In this document: piece by piece, positions 1 through 14,878 of the stretch
Layout of the letters: each line of letters starts with the position of its first letter
Numbering within the stretch: the first letter of the stretch is position 1
From: Hamiltosporidium tvaerminnensis FI-OER-3-3
Taxonomy: Eukaryota > Fungi > Microsporidia
DNA: 64,000 bases
Direction of reading: 5' to 3'
Assembly (NCBI GenBank): GCA_022605425.2
Contig: CM061252.1
Location: forward strand, 1 to 64,000
The notes under the pieces: generated by a model
Database searches by the model: none
What the model saw: only the letters and a program-made list of their open reading frames with translations
Told to the model about the DNA's origin: nothing
Position numbers and translations under genes: made by a program

Positions 1-485
1 CTAACCCTAACCCTAACCCTAACCCTAACCCTAACCCTAACCCTAACCCTAACCCTAACCCTAACCCTAACCCTAACCCTAACCCTAACCCTAACCCTAA
101 CCCTAACCCTAACCCTAACCCTAACCCTAACCCTAACCCTAACCCTAACCCTAACCCTAACCCTAACCCTAACCCTAACCCTAACCCTAACCCTAACCCT
201 AACCCTAACCCTAACCCTAACCCTAACCCTAACCCTAACCCTAACCCTAACCCTAACCCTAACCCTAACCCTAACCCTAACCCTAACCCTAACCCTAACC
301 CTAACCCTAACCCTAACCCTAACCCTAACCCTAACCCTAACCCTAACCCTAACCCTAACCCTAACCCTAACCCTAACCCTAACCCTAACCCTAACCCTAA
401 CCCTAACCCTAACCCTAACCCTAACCCTAACCCTAACCCTAACCCTAACCCTAACCCTAACCCTAACCCTAACCTCTAACCCTAA
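1..485. repeat. Telomeric repeat tract (CCCTAA)n = (TTAGGG)n on the minus strand; chromosome end
   Basis: About 80 perfect CCCTAA units from base 1, with one variant unit (CCTCTAA) at the proximal edge. Confidence 0.99.
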
Positions 486-539
486 AATGGCTTAAAAGTT
501 CTTAAAATAACTTAAAAAGATCGTTTAATATGAAATTAT

Positions 540-2960
540 TTGTTTTTAATGTAAGTTTTTTTAACTAATTTTTAGTAATTTTTTTCAATATAATTTGTAT
601 ATAGTCGTATTGACGATTCGAGATGATTAAAATATCAAGAAAAAAAAGAAAATCTTGAATGTTAAAAATTCTCTGAAAATTATACAAAACTTCTTATAAT
701 GATCTAATATAATTATATTTTACGAAAGATTTAGGAAAGTTTCTGTGTAATTCCATTCTCCAAATTTTCATATTTTTTTTCTATAATATTTTCTATATAC
801 TGTAGGAAACGATTTTAAATTAGAAAAAAAAATTCAGAAAAAAACATTAGTTATAATCTCAAAGAACACATATAATAAATGTTCTTAGGATATCATTAAT
901 GTTATGTTTATGTTAAATTTTCTGAGATTCTAAGCAATTTTTTTTTACTGAATTTTTTAAAGTCATTTGTTATATTTATATATACTATATTCAATTATTC
1001 GAAAGTTATCACAAATTAAAAATATAAAAAAAATTATGTTTATTTAAATAAGAATTATTCGAAATACTACCGGGTAGATTCTTAACCTAATATATTTATT
1101 CTTAAATTTGTATTTGATTTACCTATATTTTTTAATTCTGTTAGATTAGTTTCAATATAGTTGTATAAACCATTGCAAGATTCTAAAAATAAACTAAAAA
1201 AATATATGATTTATTACCTAAAGAATGTAAAAACATTCCATATAGATTTATAAAGATCCGAATGAGATAATAAAAAATTTGGTCATTTATTAATTTTTTT
1301 GATTTACTTAATCAGTTTTCGTACAGTCGTATATACGATTTAAAAAATATAAAAAATCTGTTCTTAAAAAATAAACGCTTCAATGCATAGGAATCTATAA
1401 AAATACATCAAGTGTGATTTTAATAATTTTATTTTTATGTTTACTATAAAATATAGCAGTTTTTCTTATAAATTTTTAATACTTATTTGCATTGTTGCTT
1501 AGTATATCTTTTATATGAATATTAAGAAAGATAAAAATTATGAAAAATTGAAGTTGCCTAAACAAACCTTAAAATAATTATAATGCTCTCAATATTTTAA
1601 AAAATACGTCTATATACTTAGATTATGGTTTATGATAATATTAAGTCATTTTGTGTGTTTGTTTCAATTTTCAATTTTTTTGAATTTTTTTGGCATATAT
1701 ACCTATAATATATGTCGCGTTTTAAAATTAAAAAACATCAACGAAAAAATACATATTCAATGCACAGCTTTTTAATTAATCTATAGCGGAGTCTTAAAGT
1801 ACTCTAAAAGCTTGCTTCTGAGTAAACTCCAAAATTCTGAAAGTAAATTTCTAAATTAATTTTTTCGAATTTGTCAAACTACATAGTATATTGTGAATGA
1901 AGAAATTTAAAAAAAGGTGAAAATCTTCTTAAAAAAAATTTAAGAATTATATTACGAAAATATCGCAACTATCAAATTCTGTATAGTGTAACAGAATATT
2001 TTTCTTTAATTATAATTTATAGTATATCTTTCTATTAAATTCGAATGAATTGATTTATTCGATTTGTTTTATGTATAGTCGTTAGAATGATATGAAAAAT
2101 GGAAAAAAATATAATTAAAAAAATAGATGTTTCGTTGAATAAAAATTGGTATAGATACATCAGATGTTTAGTAAAAAATTTTATTTATAGTAAAGAATAA
2201 ATTTTGTCTTTTTTCTTAACTTTTTTTATTGCTTGATTTTTTCTATTTTGTTTAATAGAGTTACATGTATCAGAATTGAAGATTTTAAAATTTTTAAAAT
2301 ACTCTGTAAAAAAGAAATACTATTTAATGCTCAGAAATTGATACAAATTCTACTAATATGCTTATAAAATATGACTGTTTATTTTATATAAAATTTGGGT
2401 ATGCAATCTTCATTACAATTTTTTTTTGATTTTTTTCGTGATATATTTGTATATAGTATATTAAACAAATCGAGAATTATCCATGACAAAATAAAATTTT
2501 TAAATACTCAAAAAACAGCAAAAATACAAGAAATTATCTAATAAGGAAACAATATTGGAGTTGTCAATAAAATTTTTTCGTTTTTAAGAACATTATTTCA
2601 TAAATATTTTTTTTTTCATTTCGATCAACCTATCTCGTATATAGTGTGTAGGCTATTCCAAAATTTTTGAAAATATTTTACAAGATATATGTTTTAATAC
2701 CGAAAATTACTTTGAATATAATGAATAATTGTTTATTAATTAGATATTGTATGTATAATAAAATTTCTAGGTGGTTTTTGTAAATTTCTGTACTCCAAAA
2801 TTATCGAATTTATTCGATATAGGTACTTATAGTCGCATTGAAGATTCTAAATTTTGAAAAAAAAAATATAAAAACAAATAAGATTATATACATGAAAAAT
2901 CCGGAAAAAGGACCAGAAATCTTTAGAATTATCAAATATGGTTTCTTTTAATTAAATCAG
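540..2960. repeat. Highly degenerate subtelomeric tandem array, unit ~186 bp, ~13 copies
   Basis: TATAGTCG-like anchors at about 600, 796, 981, 1156, 1322, (1500), (1709), 1882, 2074, 2256, 2452, 2640 and 2828. Each follows a T-rich stretch and precedes an A-rich stretch. Confidence 0.6.
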
Positions 2961-5900
2961 CCATTTTTGCTTTAAATTTTTGTACTTGTTTATTTTTTAA
3001 ATTTTATTTAGATTCGTTTCCTTTTTAAGTTTTTTTAACTGGAATATTTTATGTTTTTGTAATTATTTTTCTTCTTTTTACTACATTTAGAATTTCTAGT
3101 CGTATATGCTTGTTTACTTAAATTCATTTTGCTTAACCTTAATCCACTTTTTAAATGTGGTTACATTTTTTTAGATCATTCTTTTGTTATTCATTATCTA
3201 AGTTAAATGGTTACTTACGTAAGCAGTTTTCTACGTATAATACAGTTCTAACTCTTGTAATGTTTAAGTTTTTTTACAAAGTACTATTTTTTTCCTAACT
3301 GAAGCATAATGTTATTATATTTGTATGGAATTTTTATTGATTTTATGTCAAGTTTATATTCATTATTCTAAAAATTCGTTTTATCATATTAATATGTTAC
3401 ATTTGAATATATTCTAAAGTATTTTCTCTTCTTATATGATATTAAGGGTTTAAGTCTAATAAGCTTATAAAATTTACCATAATTGGAAGTTTTTAAGTGT
3501 GAGGTATTGGATGTTTATTTATTGTTTTTCGGAATATTTGGACTATTAAAACCTTTACTCAATATCTAAAAATAAGATTTTTTTATCTTGGTCATAATAC
3601 GCTGTGTTTAACGCTAATATGGCCGTATTAAATTTTATGAAATCGTTTGGAAAAGCTCTCAGTATATTGTTAGAAACATTAATCATATATGGAATTTATA
3701 GATAACTTTCGATTTCTATATAACCTCATATTATTTACCTTTTATAAAATTGATTGAAATGCCAGGTATCTATTATAAATGTATTGTTTATGTTACTTAA
3801 AAAAAATATAAATCTATTTGAAAGAAAGATGTATATGTGAAAGATATTTTAATATCATGTATAGAAGTTTTAATCGAATTAATGAGAAAATTAATACTAT
3901 AAACTTTTGTGAAATGGATTAAATTTTTATAGATTTATAAAGGGATTAATTTATTATGTGTAATACAATTTATAGGCAGTATATCTTAATATTTCATTCC
4001 TCTCAATATATCATAAATAAATATTTTGTTTTATAATATATAGCCAGAGTGAACCAACTTAAATTGTTATATTCATAAATATGTTAAATTTTTTTATAAT
4101 TTGTAAACTCTTTTTATTAGAATTATATACTATCTTACTGCAAAGTGCTAAAGAATTAACCTAAACTAAATAGGATAGTATACTAAAATGTCTTGAACTA
4201 ATAACTTTATTTTATTTTTATTACTTTTATATTAAACTACATTTTAATGAATGATTTTACACTAATTATTCGTACATTTGAATGCTCTTGAATTATCTAC
4301 CTAGTTTACAGGCGATTTCTACAACTATGTTTTAAATAGTTCGGATATCTGCTATTTGGGTTTTTTTGATCTTTAACTTTCACTGTAGCAATACGGATTC
4401 ACACAAAAAAACAATTCAACTAAAAAATAATTTAGATAATATTTTAATTTGTATAAAGATAGAATGAATGATCAATATATAGTTCAGTATAAACTTAATT
4501 TTATACCACATATTTTAATGTATATTTTTTTTATAGCTTTACAGCCACGAACAACTCTTTACATAATAAAGAAATACTTATACTAATCTGAATTAGAAGA
4601 TATTGATAACATTTTAATATCTAGATATATTTATAAGAGGATATTAAATGAGAAGATTAAAAAAAACATATTTTTTTATCAAATCGGTCGTGTATTATAA
4701 ATCAAAAAATAAAATTTCGATGACTTTGTTTGTCGATTTATAGCTAATTATATCGAAATTATTATTTTTCCAATTAAAACGTAAAAATAGAGACAATTGG
4801 GTATTAAAATCACTAAAACTATAAATGGAGTTGAGTTCTAAATGCGTGGCATCTTTTACAAGTAAATTAGAACTTTTTCATTTTGAAACTTCTGATTCTT
4901 CCTTATATGAATAAAGATTAAACTAATTTAGAGGAATAGAACTTCTGCCACAACCAACTGATATATTTTTACTAGAATATTTGCACCTGTAATATATTAT
5001 CTCAAACTATCCAAGCGGATTCGGATTATGGAATGGTATATCTAAGGTTATTTACACTTACCTTGTTCAAAGTGTAGTCACCAAGAACTCATCTGATCTT
5101 GTTTGAAGTCAAAATTAACTAAATAATTTAATGAATTCACTCATAATATATTGGTACATAAATACACTATATCATTAACTGGAATTACAATAACGCGAAG
5201 GCAAAGAGCTCAATTATGAGACGCCTTGGTCTGTTTGAAAATACTCGAGGTGGAGATGTATGTGGTAAAGAAAAAGATAAAATAATATGATGAGATTTAT
5301 AAATTAACCATTTAAAAATTAAAAGATTTTATTTACTCTATATCACAAAACATTACTTTTGTATATTTGCTCGACTATTTCTTTTAAATGTTAAGAAAAT
5401 TCATTTGTCCTTCATGATATATGAGTGAAACGCCGTCTCTATGATTGAATTGTTTTCTTCTTGATTAAATGTGTACTTCCTATTATAAAAATCTTCATAA
5501 ATATTTGAGCTATTAACGCTTAAGTAAGCCGTTTGAACTCAATACAAATTTTGTATTATATATTATCTTATACTATTTTTTGGTTTGTGTTAGAAGATTA
5601 AACATATTTTATAGTTTGTAAAAATTAAAAGGTAATGCTGTTTTGAACAAATATTTTTTAATATATATTTTTCTCTCAATATTTTTTGTGTTTAAGGAAT
5701 TCACATTTCTTAATCTATATGCTTCTATTGTTTGAAATACTATGCATTTTATATTTAATTGAAAGGTATTTAAAAACTAATGTGCCTTTTCTAATAATCA
5801 CAATTTTACAATAAATAAAAAATTAGAATTTTAGTGGATACATTTTCGCTTATACAAAGCTTTCCATTTTAAAATACTTTTGATAAGGATAAAACTTTAT

Positions 5901-8099
5901 GCAAATGATATGCATTGTAACAAATGAAGATTTTAATATTTTTTTTAAAATTATTAATAATAATTTAGACGATTCCATGTAGCAATTATTTTAACTATAT
6001 CTCTATACGTATTAAGCAATAAATTTTTTTTAGATAATACATTGTTCGAAATTAATTTATTTTACAGCTATTTTTATAATTTTTTTTTTATTTAAATTTA
6101 TGCAAGTTATAAATTCAGATATGAAATAGAATATGAAGAAAATTATATTGTAGGGATATACTTATAGAATATCTTAGTATGATTTAAAAGAAGCCAAGAA
6201 CATTATTTAAATAAGTATTGTTATACATTAAAATGGTTTAGAAGGGTAAACAGTGGATGGTATAATTAAAAATTGTGACTTGAGCTAACTCATAATGTAA
6301 TTAGATAGATTGCTTTGGAAGAATATCTATCAAGCTACTGAACGAATTAAATGAAATTTGATTCTAAGTGACATTGATTGTTAAAAAATTTAAAAGTATA
6401 AAATGGCAAGGGTTTTTCATTTTGTAGCATCTTCTACGGATTAGCTTCAAGAATATGTTTGAAATATCTGATGCTCTATAGGAAAAACTCTTCATCTTTT
6501 AAACTACAAGAGCTATGACTGTACTGAAGTGAAAGCCAAATATAACAAATGTCACCGTTCACAGATATCAATTCTCTGTAATATTTGCATTTATATTTGC
6601 TGCATCTGTATATATCTTAATTGGTGGATTATAGAAAGATTTATTTATGTTTATCTCCATGGGTCTAAACATGATTAATTGTATAGCTATCCTCAATCAC
6701 ATTCGATTTTGTTAAAAAATCGAAGAATTCGAAATTAGTGATTTTAATCACTTTGTAATGCTTTTAGATAATCTTAACTGCAACATCAATTGTATTTACA
6801 AGAAATTTAAGGCAATGAGCCAAATACTGGGAAAACACTGCCTATTTGATAGAAAAGTTTTGTGAAGACTTAACGCTATACAATAAAATTACATCAAAAT
6901 ACTTTGCAAAAAAATCTTAAATTATTTTACGAACAACCCTAATTTATTATTTACAATATCTTTCCCTTTTGATTGTATGCTTTTAAATGCTTTATTTCGG
7001 TCACAATCAAAAACAATATGTCTTTTATAATATTTTGGATAGGTGTAGATTCTTGTGTATTTACATTTCTATTTTAATAAATGTGTTCGTTTTATTTTTC
7101 TAAAGGTTTTACATACTTTTTTGCTAGCTATGTTACAGAACTTATATAAGGACATTATAATGTTAATCAAACCTTATATTTCTTTAATGTTTTTCTAAAC
7201 CAACTTTCTCAAGTATTTCACTGCTACAAGTTAAGTAAATAATATTTTCTCTACTATATTTCACAAGTATTTCCCTGACTTGGGTTAGTGAAAGCAAAAT
7301 ATTTTAATTGGAATGGTATTAGGTGCTTTCACACTTTCTTAATAAATTAACTTTTTTTATTTTAAATTTTCAAGCTAGTTTGTGGGATTTGCATTAATCC
7401 TTTCATTTTTATCAAATAAAATTAAAATGGCTTTATTTTTTGGTCGACTTTAGAAAATTTTAGTTTTTCTTTTGGTACGAATATACAATACATATAAATA
7501 GAATAAAGATATACCTTACTGCCTATTGAAATCGCTTTTTTAAAAATTTTTTCATGATTTTTTTGCTTTTATTTTAGTAAGTAAACATTCATACATTGAT
7601 TTAACATTGAAAATCCTTATGCATGAAATAGCGACATTTCTTTTGAATATAAAAATAAAACGCTTGTAAATGTATTGCTTTTAATATTTTTAATTAAAAT
7701 AAATTTTCAACTATAAAAAGTAAGTATTGAATTTATTCATCTGAAATTTAAAAAAAACTTTGTCCTAATAGTAAAGATTTTTTACATGTAATCATTTGAA
7801 TTTAGCAGATTCCATAACTTTTGCCAGTGAAAACTACTCTTAATACCATGGAACCAAATATATTTATGTTTTAAAAAAGAATTCCTCAAACAAAAATTAA
7901 AAAAAAATTAAAAGCAGCTGAATATTAATGAAAGAAGAAATTTATTTGTAATTAGACATACCTTTTTCAATTAACCGCAATCAGAATTTTTAAACTGTTG
8001 CTCAACAATATTTTATTGAACATGGCAGAATCAAATACTTCTAAAAACAAAACTCTTTTTAAAAAATAGCAAAAACTTTTTTCACTCAACTAATTAATT

Positions 8100-8900
8100 T
8101 CATACCACTCCAAACAAGCTTTCCCTACCCTTTTTTTTAATCCCCGAAACCAAGCGTTTTTCTTCAACCCTATTAATATTTCCCTATCCCGATTGTTTTT
8201 ACCCTGATTTCTTTTTACATAACAGAATCTCACCCCCCTAATTTCTTTATGTTTAAATATATTTTAAATAACTTCATCATTTTCCTGGCCAAATCATTTT
8301 ATCTTTAAATTTATTTTTTCCGCAATTAATTTCTTTTGCCCTAACATTCTTTTTTCCATAAACTTGCTTCCCTTCAAGACAATTCTTTTTTTTCCAAAAG
8401 TAATTTTTATTTATTTCTGTTCAAATTATATTCTTTTTTGAAAACTTGTATCTTTAAAACAAAATTTAATAACATGCCCAACTCTATTAATTTCAACTAA
8501 ATATTATCATTCTGACAATTTTTTTCTAATTTACAGCTTTTTCTTCTACCGAATTCAACTTTCCTTAGTATTTTTTAAATTTTAAAAAACAATACTTTTT
8601 CCTTAGAAATCCTTTCCCTCGGCCTGATTTCACTTTCCATTAACCCTATTCCCCAACTAATTCTCTTTTCCCATATCTAATTTTCTTCCTTCGTATACCT
8701 GTTCCCTAGCTAAAATCCTTTTTCCGTAACTACAATTTTTCTTTCCCTAACAAAAACTTTTTTAATAGATGTAAACCTCAATACTTATCTCTACTTTGAT
8801 TTTACTCTCACGATTTATTCTTAACTTTTTTTTCTCCAATAAATTTTGTTTCCAACTAAATCTTTTTTTCCTTGGCTAATTTTCTTCTCCCTAACTTTTT
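8100..8900. repeat. Degenerate pyrimidine-rich minisatellite (~17-21 bp units, CTAATTYTTTTCCC-like)
   Basis: Recurrent units such as ctaattctcttttccca, ctaattttcttccttc, ctaaaatcctttttccgt and ctaattttcttctccct; strong local C/T skew. Confidence 0.45.
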
Positions 8901-11900
8901 TATTCTTATTGAAAAAAAAATTGGGGTAAAAAAATAGAAATTATTTTTTTAAAATAATTCTCTTATCTAAAAGTTGGGTTTCTATTTTTCCTTATCCTAC
9001 GGTATGAAACCATGTTTGTTTTTTTATAAAAAGTAGTTTCCTGTAATTTTTATCCAAGTAATAACGGTATTTTTAATCTTTGCTAACCAATATTTTTCCA
9101 CTTAAAGTTTTTATAAATCAAAATTTATATTGCTTGTAAATTTACTTCTTCAAAGATATTTTTTCTTAGATTATATAACTATTAAAATACATAAATTTAG
9201 ATTCGAAAATGCTTCTTAGAATCATATTAATCTAAGAATATATTTAGATTTCCTTTTGTAATAATATACCTTTTGTGAAGTTAGGGAATGTAAACCCCAA
9301 AAGCGTTCTAAAAAAAGGTGAATTTACATATAGTAGATAAAATAAACAAAAAAATGTTTTATAAGAATCTCTTCTAAATTGTTAGAAGAAAATTTATTTG
9401 TATGAAAATAAGAAAAAAATAAAGAAAATTGTAAAAAAAACTGTTTTACGAAGAAAAATTTAATTGTAAATTTGAATTGGATTGTCACGGAGGAAATTAA
9501 ACTTGCCATTCCATGCTAGCCAAAACCAAAAAAAAATTAAACTCTAACTTAATTGGTTTAGTTAATTATTTTTAGTATGTTAGTAATCTTTCTTTAAAGA
9601 TGAATCATGATAAAGAGATTCTGAAGTCTAGGTGATGTTTATGAAATAGTTGGTCTAAAATAATACATGGAGAAGAATGTGATGAATTGTGATAGTAGTA
9701 TGGTATGTAGAGATACATTTTCAAGGTGCATTTTTCAAAAAGGGAGATAGAGGGAAGTAAGTAGGTTGGGTAAAAAAACGTGTAATAAAAAGTTAGTGTG
9801 TTAGTCAGAATAAAAACGGGCATCACTTGTCTTTTTCTTTAAGCTTTTAGTTCTGTTCTTGAAATTTGATTTTATTCGGATTATTTCTTGGAGTAACCAC
9901 CCAACCCTGAAGGGGTTTGGATCAATTACATATTTGAGTTCAAAAATACCTTTATTCTATCTGTAAATATTTAAATATTAAAAACAATTTAAATTTGATA
10001 GTGAATTTTTTGAAAATTTATTACTATAAAAGTTCCGATTGTTTATATTGTTTTAATTTTGTCTACATTTTACTAAAAAGTATATTTTTTGTATATACTT
10101 TTTTTGAAAAATTACGTTTTCAAAAACCGTATAAAGTCATTTTTAAATTCCCTGGAATTCTTTGTACAAATTCAAAATATTTTGTTCCGTTTTGTATTCT
10201 ATAACTTTTTACAATTCATTGCAAATTTTTTAGTTTGTTATATATTTTTTACCTTCCTGCTAGTTTGGTTTAATATTGTATAAATTTAAACGTAATTGTA
10301 TATTTATTAAAATCTTTACCTTTATAATTTTTTTATAATGTTTAAAATTGTCTACTATTTTCATGTATCCATTTATGATAAATATATATACCAGGGCTTT
10401 ATAATATCTATAAATTGTCTTATTCTTTCTAGTTCTACCTACTATGTGCAAAATTCTAGCTTTTTTCGTGAGAAAATAAAGATTTTTGATAAATATACGA
10501 CTTTCTTTCAATAATAATTGCTTTCTAAACCAAAAAAAAATGTTGCCAAGCCGAAAATATTAAGTTCAAATTTGTTTGAAAAAATCTATTAAACGTACAA
10601 ATTTAACTTTTCAAACAAATTACTAAAGTGATATAGCACGTTAGCGTATTTCATGCGAATTTATGTGTTACCTTCGCAAATCATATTCAAATGCAGAAAT
10701 TCAAAGTTTTAAGAAAAGTTTTTAGTTTGTAAAATTCTAATATTGAATTTTTATATTTTTTTAAAAAAATTTGAAGTTACGTTTTAAAAAAGTACACTTA
10801 AAATAAAGACAATGTTTTTTTTCCGTTATGAAAATACCGAATTTTGAGTAGCACTCATGTTAATAGTTTTTTGGAAATATGCATCAAGTTATTTTTTTTT
10901 ATTTTTTAGTAATTTACAAAAATAAAAAATTTGAAAGTACGTTTATGATTAGGGGGTTTATCTTAAAATTATGGTTGATTAATTCTAAACTTCGGAGGTG
11001 CATGTTTTTAGCTATTTAATCACAATTAGGAAGTAAATTTTTCGTTTTATATAATATTACTTTTTATGTCTATTATTCAGTTAAAGAATATATCAAAACA
11101 GTCAGTTCTGTGATTTCTTAAAAGATTTAAGTGTTTTGAAAGAATTCGTTTTATCATAGGCTAAATTTTTCTTTTGAAATATATTAAAAGGTTATTATTT
11201 TATATGCTCCTATAGTTTACTTGAAAAAGAAAATGCTAAGAAAACCTAGTAAATTATAAGTTTAACCTGTCTCGGATCTAGGTTTGAAACTTTTATTTAA
11301 GAATAGTTTGTTAAAAACATTTGATTGAGTAAGTAAAATTTCTCCCTTCTTTGCCACTTATATTTGATAAATATGTAGGTTCAGAGGTTAAAAATATATT
11401 ATGCATTTTGTGTAGACAGATAGCAAAAAACATCGATAATTCTAATCGTTAGAATATTGTAGAAAAAAAATTAAAGAAATTGTTTTTGCGATTAATATTT
11501 TTTTTAAAAAAACGAAAAAGAAACAAAGTAATTTATATATTGACTTAATTTGTATGTATTTTCTAATTTAAGAAAATACTATTTACTTTATATAGATTTG
11601 CATTTTAAAGAAAACGCCAGACTGATCTAAAAAGATTTTATGTGGTTTGTACACTTTTCATACTTTTTTTTCAGACGATCGAGCCTACTAGTAATTTAAA
11701 AACACTTTTTTATAAAATTGGGCTTATGTCTTTTTTAAGAACGTAGTAATTTTAGAATTGATAGGTTTGAAAGAAATATCGTTAATACTTTTCGGTTTCG
11801 ATTATACTTATAAAATAAAATTAAGTATGCTTTCTATTCAACACAGTGAATATTAGAAGTTCTTCGTATGTACTTGGTTAACGTATTTCTATTTACTATA

Positions 11901-13269
11901 CTCAATATCATACAAGGGTTTTTTTGTAATTAGAATAGATATATTTTCCAGATAAAAGCAGTATATACTGTTTAACGGTAAATTAAAATAGATATCTTCA
12001 ACAGGGGATTTAGAAATACTTTTTATTAAAAATCAGTACTTTAGACCTGTTTTTAGAATGTATATAGGTACCTTTTCATATACAACCTAAATTTATACAG
12101 ACATATAGAAAAATTTGGTTTTTAAATAAAAAATGATCAGAGTACTTTTAGTTTTCCCAGTATTTTTATAGAGAAGGTTTGTTTTATAAGCTAAAAATTG
12201 ATCTGAATGGTCTATTCTTATATTAGAGCATATGCCAGATACAATTATTTCAAAAGGGTAAGATATTTATCTATATTATCGAGAAGACAGGGGCTATTCT
12301 TTTGATTCTTATATTTTACCAATTTATATTTATTATATTAAAAACTATAAATTAGCGTACGTTCTTAATCTCGGACATCTTCTGTACCAAAACATTTCAT
12401 ATTTATATGTCTTAAAGCTCTTCTGTCATTGGGTAGTATTTTGTATACTCTTTGATAATTTTGTTTCACTATATTTTCATATAAGCCTTATATCAAATAC
12501 CACTTATATACTATTTTTATGATATTCGCTGAATAATTTATTTCCAACTTTAGGTTGTTAGGTGATATGATTTCGGAAAATTCTAATATAGGATTATTTG
12601 CAAAATTCTAGAGAATATTCATAGAGTAGTATAAATAATTTGTTTAATCTCGTGAAAAATACGGATTCGCTCAAACAAGGGATTATATTCAATTTTTAAA
12701 TGCTAATATATAATCCTATCAGCAACAATCTGTGTTAATGTAAATCTTATTCAATGAGCCTGATTACGAAAAAAAATAATAATTTAAGGTGAAAACTTTT
12801 CATTTGAGCGTATACACGAAAGGAATTAAAACATTGTAGCTAAACACGTTATGGCAGTCAGTAAACAAATTGTATAAATGTTTATGAACAATTTGAACTT
12901 TATTTTACTTATCCCACAGTTCTTAATGAAAAATATTAAGTTTGAAATTCTGTTCATAAGCTATCTTTAAAAACCCTTCTGTATAATCTAATAAGGCTTA
13001 TGCAAATAGTGCGCTAATTTCCATAAGGATCAAATAGTTCGTCCTGCTAACTGTAGTGATACAGTGAAGGAGTGTGTCATATACAAGACAAGCACTATCT
13101 TTGTTATAGTGCTACTTGTAGTTAAGGCTACTAATTCTGTTGTTGTTATTCAAAAGGTGTTAAGTACTATACAGTGTTATAGGGGTGTGTTATTAACAAT
13201 AGTGCAAAAAGATCTGGTTAATATTCTAAAGTTTTCTAATTGTTTGATGGTTTTAATTGAGGTAGTATA

Positions 13270-13311
13270 GAAATTTGCAGAATTTTTAAAATATTTAAAT
13301 AAAATTTTCTT
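13270..13311 (+). promoter_or_regulatory. Conserved ~42-bp motif at the 5' side of element 1
   Basis: gaaatttgcagaatttttaaaatatttaaataaaattttctt, nearly identical to 17864-17904, lying just before the first ORF1 ATG (13320). Function is inferred. Confidence 0.45.
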
Positions 13312-13319
13312 GTATTGCC

Positions 13320-14878
13320 ATGGCTACAAAATATTCCTAGCTCATTCTGATAAAAATACGAAAGATCCAACTCATAATAAAGTTGCACAGTGAAAAACAC
13401 TAAGAGACAGAACAAATACAGTAAACTAACATGTTCAACTACTTTGCAATGGCTGTGGGAACATAGGTGGAAACTCCAATTTGCACCTAGATAAGACATC
13501 TACAAGAACTTCAGATCTATAAGCGGAATGTACAGACAAGACTCGTTGTACTAGTAAGAAAAAAACTGAACAAAATAATGAATTGAATACAACAGAAGTA
13601 TTGCGGACCGTTCTAGCTGTTAAACCAAGGGTACGGGGTAGAGACTTGGGTGATACGCCGCATGAACAGACAGTCTCGTTAAACAGCAAAAACTTAACAA
13701 CATGTCAAAAAAGAAATACCATCATCATCCTAAAGCTGACTCCTCTTCTTTTCTTTCTGATCATACAAATAACACCCAAGATAATATTTTTCAAAAATCA
13801 AGAGCAGGGAAAAATGTTTTACCCTCTGTTATTGAAAAGGCACATTTGAAAAAAGGTAAGGATGTCGATTGGATAGAAACAGAAGATACATCATTAACAA
13901 AATATCATAATGCAAACGTGGTAAATGAGATGACTGATGCTACTGATAAAAGAACACGAATTCTGATACCACAACACTCTATGAGACAACACAGATTACA
14001 CACATTAACAATACGCTCACTAGCAGCAGAAATAAAACCACAGGTAAGATACTTTCAAGACTCAGAGTCAGAGTTCATATACGTACAGTCCCGAAACAGA
14101 ACACGCTCGGAGGTGGTACGGACGTGGCAAAGCAACAGAAAAGTATCTCTGTAAGGCTTGAGGAATAACCTTGAAGCTTGACTCACATTCAAAAAATTGA
14201 GAAACCCTATAGGAAACGAAGTTTGGAAACAACAAATAGTGAAAAAGGAGAAGATCAAGTACAGAAAAGAAATTCCAAGCAGATATCAAGGAGACCATGA
14301 GTGACAAATCGGAGGTAGCCATCTCAGTAAGATACAATATTCTAAAGAAGAAAGAATAAATGAAGCAGAAGTCCAGCCCAATTAAACTAACTGTTAAGCA
14401 ACTAGCGCTTATAACACAAGAGAAATCACCTTTTACAAATGCTAGACACGTTTTACTATACTTTGGAAATATAACTTCTAAAAAAATATCACTATATCCG
14501 CTCGCTTTGAAGAACATTCAACCGGGTGCTAGTAAGTTGGTTGTAAACATTAAGTTTATCTCTAATACTGTGTTAGAAATGATATGCAAAGAGTCTGTGC
14601 AAATTGAGGTGATTAGAGGGTTTAGAATGCTTGGATCCAAAAACTTTATTAACTCGCCTGAAGTAGATAGTAATGGTCTTTTCAAAATAAGCAATTTATT
14701 TACACGAATGAAGAAAATTAAAGACAGACAGGGCAACAAGAACGACAAACTAAGAAGGCTAGCAGTTCGTATACTCAAGAGTAAAGTAATCGAACTACAC
14801 GAGATGATAAAAAGTCATAATATAAAAACCAATGATATTGAGATAGATTACACCTCGGGCTTTAACAATAAACCCTAG
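13320..14878 (+). pseudogene. ORF1 (gag-position protein) of element 1, fragmented
   Basis: Broken ORFs at 13702-14154 and 14360-14878. The C-terminal part aligns with 18738-19235 of element 2 (KKISLYPLALKNIQPGASKLVVN vs KKINLYKLALENIIPGSSRLIVN). Confidence 0.7.

Noticed and set aside
9901-9920. Isolated GC hairpin ccaaccctgaaggggtttgg as a Helitron end or terminator
   Set aside because: No CTRR terminus or other supporting context.
9324-10511. Cluster of short F/I/K-rich ORFs
   Set aside because: Composition matches random AT-rich DNA; no motifs, and overlapping frames conflict.
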